Source: Vermamoeba vermiformis
Taxonomy: Eukaryota
Direction of reading: 5' to 3'
DNA: 64,000 nucleotides
NCBI GenBank assembly: GCA_045837725.1
Contig: JBEWZL010000257.1
Coordinates: forward strand, 186,001-250,000
A program made the translations under genes and the position numbers. Within the stretch, counting starts at the first letter, position 1. Every line of letters begins with the position of its first letter. The notes beneath the pieces were generated by a model. It had not been told where the DNA came from. It saw only the letters and a program-made list of their open reading frames with translations, and did no database searches. This document shows positions 12,649-30,323 of this stretch, in pieces.

Positions 12649-15136
12649 ATGGACGGACTCATTCCAGTGATCAACAAGCTGCAAGATGTATTCAATGCCG
12701 TGGGGGCAGACAGCATTGACTTGCCGCAGATCGTCGTGGTGGGCAGTCAGTCCTCGGGCAAGAGCTCCGTGCTCGAGAACATTGTAGGACGCGACTTCTT
12801 ACCGCGCGGCAGTGGTATTGTCACGCGCCGTCCTCTCGTCTTGCAGCTCATTAACATTCCGTGGGATGGCAAGCCCAAAGGTAATTTTCGTAAATTAAAT
12901 AAAAATACGCAAAATAATAAGCACCCTCGCATCAATATCCTCGACTAGTCCGCGCACTATCCGACTATTTAAAAATGCAAAGACAAGACTGACGCGGTCG
13001 TTGACAGAGTTTGAAGAGTGGGGTGAATTCTTGCACTTGCCTGGCGAGATATTCCACGACTTCCGCAAGATTAAAGAGGAAATTGAGCGCGAGACTGATC
13101 GCCTCGTTGGCAAGAATAAGGGTGTATCACCTGTACCCATCAACTTGAAGATCTACAGTCCGCGCGTGTTGAATCTGACGCTGGTCGATCTGCCGGGCAT
13201 TACGCGCGTGCCAGTCGGAGATCAGCCCTCGGACATTGAAGCGCAATTGCGTCGCATGATCCTGTCGTACATTGAGAAGCCCAACAGCTTGATCTTGGCC
13301 GTCACTCCCGCCAACACAGATCTCACCAACAGCGATGCACTGCAACTCGCGCGCTCAGTGGACTCAGAGGGCACGCGCACGATTGGTGTGGTGTCGAAGA
13401 TCGATCTGATGGACAAGGGCACGCACGCGCTGGACATTCTGCAGGGCCGCGTGGTGCCGCTCAAGCTGGGCTTTGTGGGCGTGGTGAATCGCTCGCAGCA
13501 GGACATCATCACGGAGAAGAGCATTCAGGAGAGTCTGAAGGACGAGCAGAAGTTCTTTGCCAATCATCCGCTCTACAAGCCCATCGCGCACAAGTGTGGC
13601 ACGCCCTATTTGGCCAAGACACTCAACAAGCTGCTCATGAACCACATCCGCAACTGTCTGCCAGATCTCAAGATCCGCATCAACAAGATGCTGCAAGATG
13701 CCAAGCAAGAGCTGCAGAGCTATGGCGACCCCCTCTACGACACGCACAACAGTCAGGGGGCACTGTTGCTGCAGATCCTGACCAAGTTTGCCAGCGATTA
13801 CAAGGACACGATCGATGGCAAATTGACGGACAAACTTTCAGTGAACGAGCTGTACGGTGGTGCGCGCATCAACTACATCTTCTTCGAGGTGTTTGGCTCG
13901 TGCTTGTATCGCATGGATCCGCTGGACGGACTGACGCTGAACGACATTCGCACGGCCATCAAGAACGCCTCGGGTCCGCGCACCTCGCTGTTCGTGCCCG
14001 AAGTGAGCTTTGAACTGCTGGTGAAGAAACAGATTGAACGACTGCTCAAGCCCAGTCTGCAGTGCGTGGACTTGGTGTACGATGAACTGCAGCGCATAGT
14101 CTCGGAGGCGGAGACCAAAGAGCTGCTGCGCTTCAACAATCTGCGCGAGCGCGTGATCGATGTCATGAACATGATGCTGCAACGAGCACGCAAGCCCACG
14201 ATTGAGATGATACAGAATCTGATCAACATTGAGCTCGCCTTCATCAACACGAGTCACCCGGACTTTGTGGGCAGCGAGGGTGCCATCACCCAAGTGATCG
14301 ATGGACTCGCGGAGAAGAAGGTCAAAGATCGGCAGAGTGTCGTCACTGCACTGCCTGTCAGTCCCAGCGTGCCCGTGCCCAACACCAATCAGCCCGTGAC
14401 ACCTGTCACACCTGTCAACCCTGCCAGTGCAGTGCCCGTGCAGCCAGTCAATGCCCAGTCCGTCACACCCTACACCGCCGAGTCACAGTCGCGCAGTGCG
14501 GTGAATGGACAGAGTGCCAGCAACAATCCGCAGTCCTCCAACTTCTTCTCTGCCATATTTGGCAAGCAGACCAGTCCTGCAGCCACACCCAGCACCAGCT
14601 CCACCACTGCGCGCAAGACCAAGTCGGGCTCAGTCTCCTCCACCGCACCGCAGAACACAGTCAACACAGCCCCCGTGAACAACGCGCCCAATCCCTACTC
14701 GCAGTCACCCACCAATCAGTCCATGCTCGCGTCATCCGTCACGCAGAGCACGCAGACACTCAGCAGCAGTGGCTACAGACGACGCGATCGCTTGGACGAA
14801 GTGCCTTCAGTGCTGCAAGCTGGATCTGTCACCACTGACCGCGAGCAGTTTGAAACTGAATTAATTCGCTCGCTGCTCGTGTCTTACTTCAACATTGTGC
14901 GCAAGAACATTCAAGACACCGTGCCCAAGTCCGTGATGCAGTTCTTGGTAAACAGATCCAAGAATGACATTCAAAACGAGCTGGTTAAGTCACTTTACAA
15001 AGAGGAGCTGTTTGACGAGCTGTTGGAGGAGTCGCCTGCCATCGCCTCTCGTCGCAAGGCCTGCAAACAGATGGTAGATATGCTCTCTCGGGCGCAAGAG
15101 ATCTTAAATGAAGTTAGAGACTTTAACATCAAATAA
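12649..15136 (+). CDS. Dynamin-related GTPase (Drp1/Dnm1/Vps1-like), 2 exons
   Basis: [38 protein letters not shown], middle domain, S/T/P/N-rich variable insert, C-terminal GED ([19 protein letters not shown]). Confidence 0.96.
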
Positions 15137-15199
15137 GCTTATGTACAATAAAAACAGTTTGCAATATTGTTAGCTCATCGTTAGGTCGTGTGAAAATTA

Positions 15200-16860
15200 A
15201 CAAAGCCAGACACTCCAGCAATTCATCCCGGCAGTTAAAAGGACTGAAAGTCAATGGCGTACCAAGTTAAAGGTTTCGAATGTTTTGTACCCCTTCATTA
15301 AAAAAGGATTTGCCACCAGTAGTACTTACAACCATATATAGTATGGAGATGCACATAAATTTTTTATTTATTTCGTTACATAAATCAGCCAAATTTCAAG
15401 CTATATTCATTGTGTAGTTGTGTACCAAACGTGCTTAGTTGGGTTCATAAATGTTGCTGTTTTTCCCATTGCATTGTGTCACTCAATGATGATTACTACT
15501 GTCTGCGTTAGATAGTGCAGTGCAGCGGATTCAAGTTAAAATGGTATTGCAGCATAACGAACAAAGTTCGATTATGTACTTTGAAGGCACAGCCCAGACA
15601 GATGAACAATTATTGGTGGCAGGACATCCACCATGGATGAGTCCTAAATTTTTGGTAGCACAATCTTCTGATATTGAGCGCGGTAAATTGTGAACAGACA
15701 GCATGGTGATCCTGGCACAAGATTGGTACAATCCAACGACATATTTTCAAAAATAAAGTTTGCTCAAAGCATTGTCACTATAGGCGCATTTGCACGTTAA
15801 GGTTGCAGTAAAAGAACAAGTCATTGCAGCAAATCAACAGTGTTCTAGTGCGCCATATGCCAGCCTACCTCCAAGTTCTTTGTAGAACATTGCCATTTTC
15901 AGCCTCCAGCGCTTAGCCCAAAGCCTCCTGATGCCAATAGTAGTCCTTCTTCGGTCCGCTGGTGCTAATGGCAAAGTTTGGTATAAGTTGGTCAATTACT
16001 AACATCAGCGGACGGACGCAGGTCCACGTATGGACGAAAAATTTTTGGTGGCAGGACGTCCACCTTGGTTGTCCACACTAATCGGTGTCTGGGATACAGT
16101 GTGTTGGACAGCCGACCAAGAACAACAAACATCAATGGCATGATGCCTTCTAACTGGGTTCAGGGGAGGATGGCCAATCCAGGGTGGATGACATAGCCAG
16201 CCAGGGTGAGATGTCCAGCCCGGCTAAGTTATCCCCCGGACAAGTCTCATGTCCCGGACAAGTAAAAACTTCCGGATAAGTATATGGAGGGTTTGCAAAG
16301 AACTTCTTTCTGTGTTGGGTAACTATAATGCACTAAGTAACCATTGTTCATTCAATTATGAACCTATTAGCTGAAAAGGTAACGAAGATCATGCAACTAT
16401 GTGGATCATAATAAATGCTACCCAAAGGATTTGAACCCAGACCTCAGTGCGGTTGACGGTTGCCCTTGAGCAGGTACCAAGCCATACAAATAAATAAAAA
16501 TCAGGTATGCCAGCTGGGATTTGAACCTGGGACTTCTGCATGGTTGCCAACCCAAGTTTCCACTACTTGCCTCTGGAAGCCGAAACGTTGAGGATAGCCG
16601 AGCCAAGCCGGACTGGCCATCTTCCAGGGTCATACCTTCCCTCAAATATCCAAACAAAGATGGGAGTGGTTAGGCGTTTGCATCACTGTAAACTGAGTCA
16701 ATGGAGTGCAGAAAGCAGGCAGATAACAACACCTCAATGGACAGGCATTTTTTCTGGATAGGAGCTCTCCTACTGACAGTAGACCCCAGTTTGGCAGGCA
16801 AAGTCTCCCCCTTGTCCACCAACATCCCCATTTGGCTGGGAAGCAACACGTTCCAATTTC
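15200..16860. other. Non-coding, CpG-poor intergenic island; possible decayed mobile-element or tRNA-derived sequence
   Basis: Longest gene-free stretch in the window; no credible ORF; internal direct repeats; two GGTTCAAATCC (B-box-like) motifs. Confidence 0.4.
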
Positions 16861-16880
16861 AGTGCTATTCACAATTTATT

Positions 16881-19641
16881 TTACAGTTTTTTCTTTTTGA
16901 CAGGCAGGCTAGCATAGTCAGAAGATATTTTAAACGAGAGCGTCATGTCTTCACTTGATTTCCAATAATACGTCTTTGCAGTGGCCAAACTCATATTGTT
17001 GTCCAACTCCTTGTCGTGACAGCAAATGGTCAAGTACTCCTCAGCCGTGCAAGTGCGTGACTCGTCACTGCAGTGCTTGGGCAGTTCTAGTCCAAGCTTG
17101 TCTTTGACGAGGTACTCTTTGATTTTCTTGATCTTCATTATGCGCAGTGTGGAGAATCTGCTCTTCAATCTGCGACAGGAATGGTCAGTCATGCGGACAA
17201 ACAGCACTGTCGACATCGTGCGTTGAAATTACCCGACACTAATCTTGTCATCTTTGCAGGTGAGGAAGAAGCTGATTTTGTTGTTGGTGCGTGATGGCAC
17301 TTTGTTCTATTCAGTGAATGTCAGCAAGTGTCAAACGTGTCAAACTTGTCAAAAAGTGTCACTCACCAGCAGCAGACAGTCCAATACCCAATTAGGAATC
17401 ATGCGCTCGCGGCCAGTGAGTTCACCAATCGGTGCTCGGAACAATAGTCGTCCCGTGCCCTCTTCGGTAATCATCACGTGACCCTGTGCTGGCAGTGTGA
17501 AAGGTGCCACCACAGGAGCGATCTCCGCCTCGGACTCTTCGGAGCTGTCAGACTCGTCACGACTCGAGCTCGGAGTTTCGGATCTATTATTAGCTGCTGT
17601 TCTATTATTAGTCTCGGGTCGTGCAGTGCCCACCACGACACCAGGGCCCAATCGTGCCGTGTATGTCGTGCTCTGATTTGCCTCGCTGTTCTGTGGCACG
17701 GTGTCACGTGGTGCGGAGGGAGTGTTGTCACGTGCTTCAGTGCTATTATTAGCCTCAGCTTTGTTCTCCACTCTCGCACTCGCATCAGTGCTATTAATAG
17801 CTTCACTCTTGCTGTCACTCTCCTCGCTCGTGCTCGCTTTGTAGCCCGTCAACCAGTGCTCGAACAGTGCCTTGAGCGTGTGTTGACCGAGATTGACTGG
17901 ATGACACGTGTCAGTGCTGCACAGGACTGCACACACACAAGGGTGCACTTACCGACAGGCTCGTCGTGTTCCTTGTCCCCCGGTGGATAAGTGACCTCCA
18001 GGCCTGCATCCGAGGCATACACCTCCGCGCTGAAACACTGCGGGAAGTCCAAGTGCAGTGTGAGGGCACCAGTGCGCGTGTCCACCGAGTACCAGTTGGG
18101 GATGCTCGTCTGCACATCGAGGCACTTGATCCACTCCTCAAAGCTGCGCTCGCCACTCTCGCTCTTGAGATCGCGCTCACACACACCGCGCGTAATGTCC
18201 CACAGCTGCATGGTGCCAGCACTGTCTTGCGTGAGCACGTGACGGCGATCACTGAGCAGATGATGACGAATCAGCCCTGGTCGACCACCCTGACTCCACA
18301 CGGGTCCTGTGCGCAGTGGCACCAGTGACTCGCGCGTCATCTCGCTGTCTTCAACGAGCAGACTGTTGCTATTATTGGCCGCACTATTGTTAGTGGTGGT
18401 GTTGTTGGTGTTGTTCTGCGCATCGATAGAGAATGCACTTGGACTTGTGGCCAGCAGCACCATGCCGTGTGGCACTGTGCCACTCGATTCCGAGTCACGT
18501 GGATCCCACAGCGACATGCCCTGTGTGGTGGAGACCCAAAGACGCGTGTCAGCATCACGTGACTGCGGTGCGAGTGCCAGCACGTGCGCACTCTCCACGC
18601 CAACGAGTGTGCTCTGGTGCGTGGTGAGGTGGGTGCGGAACAGCGCGCGATCACGTCCTGCAGAGTAGAGCTGTGTGTCGTGCAGTGCGAGGGTCCACAC
18701 CGAGTCCTCGTGCATGAGATAGGTGTGCTGACACTTGTGCACGCGCAAGTCCCACACTTTGACCTGTCCGTCGCTGCTGCCACTGATCACCGTGTGTCCC
18801 TCCGCGCTGAACACGAGGGCGCGCACATTGTCGCTGTGGCCCTTCAGCTTCGCACTCCGCTCACCACTGCGCGTGTCCCACACTCGAATCACCGTGTCCG
18901 TGCCTGCAGCAGCGAGCAGTGGCGTGGTGTCAGCGAGGGCGAGTGACCAGAGCGAGGCACGTGACTTGGCGCAGTACTGTGTGGCACTGTGGTGCGGACT
19001 GCTCGTGTCCAGTTCACTCGGGTCCCACAGATAGGCACAGCCGTCCAGACCCGCTGAAGCTGCGTAGCCGTGCACCGAGGACCACTTGAGAGCTTTGACG
19101 TAGTCGTGGTGCCAGGTCCACGTGTGCAACAAGCGATGCGAGAGGTCAGGATCTGTGTTCCAGAGCTTGACCGTGCTGTCTGAACTGCAGGACATTACTG
19201 GTGCAAGAGTACTGTCAGCATGCGTGTCCTATGTGTCTGCAGTCGATTACTACTCACATTTGCAGCCATCAATGAGCACAATGTCATTCACCCAGTCACT
19301 GTGGTGTTCGTACGAGTGGATCAGTTCTGGACTCGCTGTAAACTCGTTCTGTTCATTTTTATATTAGCATATTCGATTGTTCGTATTCAATAAGCTCGAA
19401 TGTTCTCGTTATTGTCTCAAAATAATTTTTTTACCTTTTTGCTTGGATCTAATTTCCACGCTTTAATTGTTGAGTCGCGTCCAGCTGAGTATAGTACATT
19501 ATTTACATCATCCAATGTGATTGCATTGACACCAAAGCAATGTCCTGCATTGAGTTGCGCTGGATGTGGAATGGAATATGATACACGATTCTTCTTGACG
19601 CGGATCAGCGCAGAATTGCCGGGTAGAAGAGGTCGTGCCAT
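16881..19641 (-). CDS. WDR48: WD repeat protein 48 (UAF1, USP1 cofactor), multi-exon
   Basis: LYSAGRDSTIKAW, HSDWVNDI, SCSSDSTVKLW, HHDYVKAL, KLKGHSDNVRAL, SIPNWYSVDTRTG, NLG...LKALF, C-terminal LRIMKIKKIKEYL...MSLATAKTYYWK. Confidence 0.94.
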
Positions 19642-19847
19642 TACAATCGCTGCATATATATCTATATTGTAGTCAACTAGTGCAGTGTGGACATGTGGTG
19701 CTTTATTAAAAGATACTACTATTTTACACTGCGCGCAATTCGCACCTAACTGCGTACAAGACATATATAACACATTGCTGGGTATGTAATACCATCGAGT
19801 ATATGCAACACTAGTACATATCAGTGCTCGTATGATCATCGCAGCGG

Positions 19848-20282
19848 TTATTCATTCGCATCTGGCTGTAAAGAACCGAGTTGAGCTTCGAGGAACGTCT
19901 GTGCGGCCGTTAGTGACTGAATGGTCGTATAATATTTAACTACGGCTATATACGCCCTATAATCGTTAATTATAGCTTACCACTTGGCGCTCGAGCATAT
20001 TTAATTTTTCATTAATTTTCGCGAGTCTGAACTTGGTGGAGGTCTCTAGTGACAATTATCAGCACAATTGCATCACACTATACTATGGCAATATAGGGAC
20101 TATTAACAGCAATATAACGCACCGAATTTGTTCAAAAACTCGACGACTTTCTTCAGATTGGTGTTCACGCCTTCGATCCACTCGCGCTGTTCCCAATCAG
20201 CTTGAATATAGGACTTGCTGCCAGGTGCAGTGCGCTTGAGTGGCGCGACATCGAGGTCTTGCGTCTTGGACTTCTTGGACAT
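19848..20282 (-). CDS. BRK1: BRICK1/HSPC300 subunit of the SCAR/WAVE complex, 3 exons
   Basis: Spliced reading IQADWEQREWIE...KKVVEFLNKF / ETSTKFRLAKINEKLNMLERQV / TFLEAQL matches BRK1. Confidence 0.92.
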
Positions 20283-20332
20283 TGTGCTGTGTTCAATGTA
20301 ATAATAATTAATTTGCTTTGACGAGCGCCACA

Positions 20333-20939
20333 ATGGAGTCCGCACTCAAGGGCAGTGGCTGGATCATATGCTATCCTATATATCTCGATGCTAAGAAGAC
20401 CATCGCTGAGGGCAGACGTATACCCAAAGAGAAAGCTGTAGAAAATCCAACTTTTGAAGAGGTTCAGATGTGCTTGCAAGCTCTCAAGCTCGAACATGTT
20501 GGATTTGTAAGATTATGTTATTCGACGTATTCTATTCCATATATATATACTGATTAATTGATTTTCAAAAATAATTACCAAATATTATTTGGATCAGCCT
20601 CTGACGTCATTTTCGTCGAGCAGTCACCTCAATTAATCGAACACATATTAATCAGCGATATATTATTACTATTATAGCCCGATAAGGCCTATCCACGCGA
20701 CTTTTTACAACAAGGAATGCTCAGAATTCGTGTTCAAGATGCGTCAGGCAACAAGCTATACACGAGTACGTGCCTCATATAGTGCAGTATAATACTGCGC
20801 AATATCCTAATCGCGGGCACATTAATTGATGCGTATTGCAGGACAAGCGCTGTGGCTCAAGCTCGCAGAGATGATCCCGAGTCTAGAGACGCGCAACACC
20901 ACCAACACGAGTGGTGCGGGCAAGAAGAAGAAGAAGTGA
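20333..20939 (+). CDS. SRP19: Signal recognition particle 19 kDa protein, 3 exons
   Basis: CYPIYLDAKKTIAEGRRIPKEKAVENPT / PDKAYPRDF...RIRV / AEMIPSLETR...GKKKKK. Confidence 0.95.
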
Positions 20940-20979
20940 ACTGTAGTAAATAGACGTGTATTTAATATCGCTCTAGTGT

Positions 20980-21540
20980 TTATACTCGTGCTGTCACTGT
21001 CCACACACCCGCTGCCGGATCTTCGGTCAGATCCGAGACTTGAACGACTGCATCTGTGTTCAATGTGCCGTAGAGCTGTCCGCGAGTTAGAACTAATACT
21101 ACGCTGTGGTCGCAATACTCACGTGTGGGAAAGGGGGCTCATTGGGCTCGCTGTATTCGTATTTGAGGGGCGATCGCAGTGCGGATCTGTTGAGTTTGAG
21201 CAAAATAATTCCCTTCTGACCCTTAAAAAATCTATTTAAAGTCCTATAATAATATAGTTATGTATTTGCACTCAAGGTGTATGTTTAGACGTACTTGGGA
21301 TATTGCGCGTCAGTTGAAAAGTGAATGAAGCCTTCCTATGATGCTATTAATACAGTGCTAGTCATGCGGTGCAATCCTTGCCACATTGCTATATATATAT
21401 GTGTATTACATATACAGCAGGGCAGCTGTACGTACCGTGGCGAGTGACTCGTGCGAGTAAGTGCCTGATTGCAGTGCCTTGGTGTAGTCCTCTTCCACCG
21501 CTATGTGATAGACGTACTCGTGATCGGTGGGGTGATTCAT
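20980..21540 (-). CDS. DUF952-family small protein, multi-exon
   Basis: VYHIAVEEDY...GTYSHESL / EGFIHFST / LKYE...PFPH / YGTLNTDAVV matches the DUF952 pattern (YHI...GFIH.S...FPH.YG.L..DAV). Confidence 0.8.
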
Positions 21541-21752
21541 TGCTTGCTTATATATATGTCTGGTACTAATGTAGGTGAGGTGAGTTGGTGTGATTGTTAT
21601 TAGCACTCGAATGAACACCTCCACTGAACACCACAACCACACTTAATGCAGTGCATCTACGACTACTATTCACACGTGATTTACTTCACCATTCTGTACA
21701 AATTACAACATAACCAATGAGGGGATGTTTTGATGTCACATCCAACACGTTT

Positions 21753-22661
21753 TCACCGCGCTTGATCCAACTGTTTGATGAATGCCTCGAACTTGTCCTC
21801 GTGACTCCGATTGGTCAGTTGCACGGACTGCAGCAGCGCATTCAACAACTTCTCGCCCAACAAGCTCTGCACGCGCTGCTTGTTCTCCTCGCGCTGTTCG
21901 TTGAAGTAGCGCGTCATGAACAGCAGCACGGCACTCAGCTTGTGTCGCACTTCACTGCGCGTGGACTTGTGTTTGAGCTGTTCGATCAGCGTCTTCAGGC
22001 CCTGGTGCGCGTGAAACACATTCTGCACCTCGACTGCATCGACCATCACCGCGAGCAAGGTGTCGAGGGCACTGAGCTGCACGTGCACGGACTGCGCGCT
22101 GGTGACGTACTCGAGCAGCTGTTTGACACCTTGACACTCCACGCCAATCAGTCGCTTGGACGGGTAGTGCAGCAGACAACAGCCCTGCACCACATCGAGG
22201 GCATCGGCCAGCTCACTCGCGCTGATCACACGGCCCTCGCTCTCTTTGGGTTTGAGGGTTTGTTTTGGATCCAGCAAATTATTCCAAATTTGGTAGGCCA
22301 CTAGAATCAGTTAGATTCGTGTAAGCGCATTAAATGTATATATTAATAATTAAAATACTCACGATTTTCGTCCACGGAATTTTGCAAACGAATAAAGGCT
22401 TCTTGATCTTCTTCGTTCATAGTGCGCATAAATGCTAGTATTTCTGTCAAGGCCTCAATGCGCACGTACGAATGTTTTGTTCTCAACTAATCACAAATTA
22501 ATCGAATTGCGTATTTCCATAAAAAGAGGGCAGATTGGATCCAATCTGAATACCTTCGCTATCCAACAAGTGAGTTGAAACTGCAGTTCTCTATTGCGCT
22601 TGTCTTGATTGAGCCATGAATAGTAGCTCGTAGTGAAGTCTGTAGTCTCTGCTGCCGACAT
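21753..22661 (-). CDS. Septation-initiation-network Cdc14-like ARM protein (S. pombe Cdc14 type, not the phosphatase)
   Basis: FIRLQNS...; ALDVVQGCCLLHYPSK; ALDTLLAVMVD...NVF...GL resembles the SIN Cdc14 family. First exon reads MSAAETTDF. Confidence 0.65.
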
Positions 22662-22863
22662 CTCTCGACTTTGCCGCGGGCCGTAGAATTATTAAAAATT
22701 GTTCCGAAACAAACGTTGTGGTTGTGGTTTGAGAAGTTAGAATAAATTGTAAACTGGGCAAGATGGTTTCGTTTCTGTCCACGAAATCCTGCGGGTTGAA
22801 CAAATTGCGCCAAACGTTCCATTTTTTAAAAATTCTTGTAACAGAAACAACAACTACAGCAAC

Positions 22864-23292
22864 ATGAATACACCAACTAAAGGCACCAATTACGAACAAG
22901 CGAAGCCTACTCCTCGCGTTAATCAGGCACTGATGGCTACTAATGTCGGCGAGATTGTTCGCTTAATCTGTCGCGTCATCTCCTCCAACCAACACGGCAG
23001 ACAAGTGCAGACCGCCGATGGTGCTACTGTACAAGTACAAACTGAGCCCACATCGCTGATGCACGTTCCGGGTGCACTTATTGAAATTATTGGTCGCGTC
23101 AGTGATCCTCACACCATCCAAGAATTTTCCTCAGTTGCATTACGTGAGGACCAGCCATTCGGTAAGTTGATATTCATTTTTTAACATTATTTTAATATTA
23201 ATATTTGCGACTAATTTTTCTTGGAAGATTTCGCCAATTACAATGCTCTCTTGCATCTCCAGCAGAATGCCGGTGAGATATTTGGTTTGTAA
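22864..23292 (+). CDS. RPA3: Replication protein A 14 kDa subunit (RPA3), 2 exons
   Basis: PTPRVN...VGEIVRLICRV...IEIIGRV...F / DFANYNAL; small OB-fold protein. Confidence 0.85.
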
Positions 23293-23402
23293 TTACTTGT
23301 AAATGACTGCAGTTCAGTGTAAATAAAAACATGCCGTGCGATCAGTCGGTAACGGTTACTTTTAAAAAATACAGATCTTTTTATGTAACAACTACAACAG
23401 CA

Positions 23403-28799
<5,397 letters not shown>

Positions 28800-29066
28800 G
28801 AGCACAATACTGCCACTACGCTATTATATGAACACTATTGTCGAGTCTATGTGCTGATTGGGACTAGTGCTCGTCTGCAGCCGAATTTGAAAAAAAATCC
28901 AATTGTGCACACAGCAACTGTTTATTGTTCGCGGCGCAGAATCTGATTCGCAACGACCACACCGGGAGTCGCGAGGATAGGTGCAGCGAGGGTAGGGAAC
29001 GAGTGCGGATGTCTAGTGTCCCGCTCGAGTGGTGATCCAGCATCGCCGTTCAGTGAATGCCGTTGC

Positions 29067-30323
29067 TCACAGAGGTGCTTGTAGGTGCGCGAATTCTTGC
29101 AACGGTTGCGCTGATTGACAGCTCGCTTGACATGTGTACACTGCCAGCACACCCCACTCGTGCACGGGGCGGGGCTGCAGGTTCTGAATCAGTGTCGGCA
29201 TGAGCTGCAGTTCGAACACACGTGGCTGTCCACATGTACATCTGGGAATGTTCCCTGGCTCCTGATTGGTCAGCCACAGAGGTTCGCCTTGCCACTGATA
29301 TCTGTCGCGTGTCAGAGTACAGCATTACAAGTGACACGTGTCACTCACCGCAACACTTGACTGGGACTGCGGGCCAATCGCTTCTGAAATTTCCGCAAAG
29401 ACTTGTCAGTCTTGCTGGCAGACTCGTAGTGTTCTTGCTGATAGTCTTCGTCCTCCATATTCAGCACGCCCTTCTTGCTCGCTTGGTCCAGACGCTTCTC
29501 TTCCTCTTCGTACTGTCGCAGCAGTCGTCGCTCGCTCTCCGTGAGTTCAATCTGCGCGGGCTCGGGCTCGAGATCGAGGGCCAAGTAGTGCGCCTTGTAC
29601 GTGCCGTCCACTGCCAGCTGTCAGTCTGAGCGTGGCGTGATGATGCGAGGGACTTACCGTGCAGTGGATCTGCTTTCTTCTTGCTCTTCTTGACGGGCGT
29701 CTCATTGACAGGTGTCTCGTTGACAGGTGTCACATTGGTGTTCAGTGACATGTCGCGTAGCTTCAACAGCGCTTCAAGATCTGCATCTCCACTGCTCGGA
29801 GAGCTAAAGTCAAACGCACTCGTGCTCGCAGGGGTATTTGTGTTGTTAGTAGTAATGGTATTGAAGGTGCTCGTAAAGTCAAAGTCCAAGCTGCTTTTGG
29901 CTTGTGCGGGCTCGGGTGTCGGATCCACCGTCGCGTGTTCAGTCAGAGTACTCTGCATGCGATACACTTGCCAGCTGCAAAATAGTGAGCAATATATAAG
30001 CGGACTAGGACGCACCTTCCAGGACAGTTCTTATTGTGACAACTGAATACAAGGAGCGATCGAGGCTGATCGGAGAACTGCGGCAAAGGAGCATATAATT
30101 GCACGACTAGACGCATGTTCTCGTTGCAATTGACGCAGAGTGGCGCAGCAGCGAGCTTGCAGTCCTCGAACCATACCTGCGTGGAGGGTGTTATTAGCCG
30201 TAAATATTTTGATAATTACTATTCACGCACGGGAACGCCTCCTATTTTAGAAGAATATGCGTCGGTATCGTCTGTTACGCGGGTGTCTTTGTATCCCAAA
30301 TATATCTCGTTAAACTTCTCCAT
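29067..30323 (-). CDS. PDCD2/PDCD2L (Tsr4-like) uS5 chaperone, multi-exon
   Basis: SKIGGVP / W...CVNC...LLVQLYAP; FQKRLARSPSQVLRY; CGQPRVFELQLMP...EWGVLAVYTCQASC (PDCD2_C). Confidence 0.9.

Noticed and set aside
16220-16285. CRISPR-like repeat array
   Set aside because: Units are ~10 nt with 5-8 nt spacers, the context is eukaryotic, and there are no cas genes.
16416-16582. Functional tRNA genes
   Set aside because: T-loop motif is present, but acceptor, D and anticodon stems do not pair convincingly; reported only as tRNA-like fragments.
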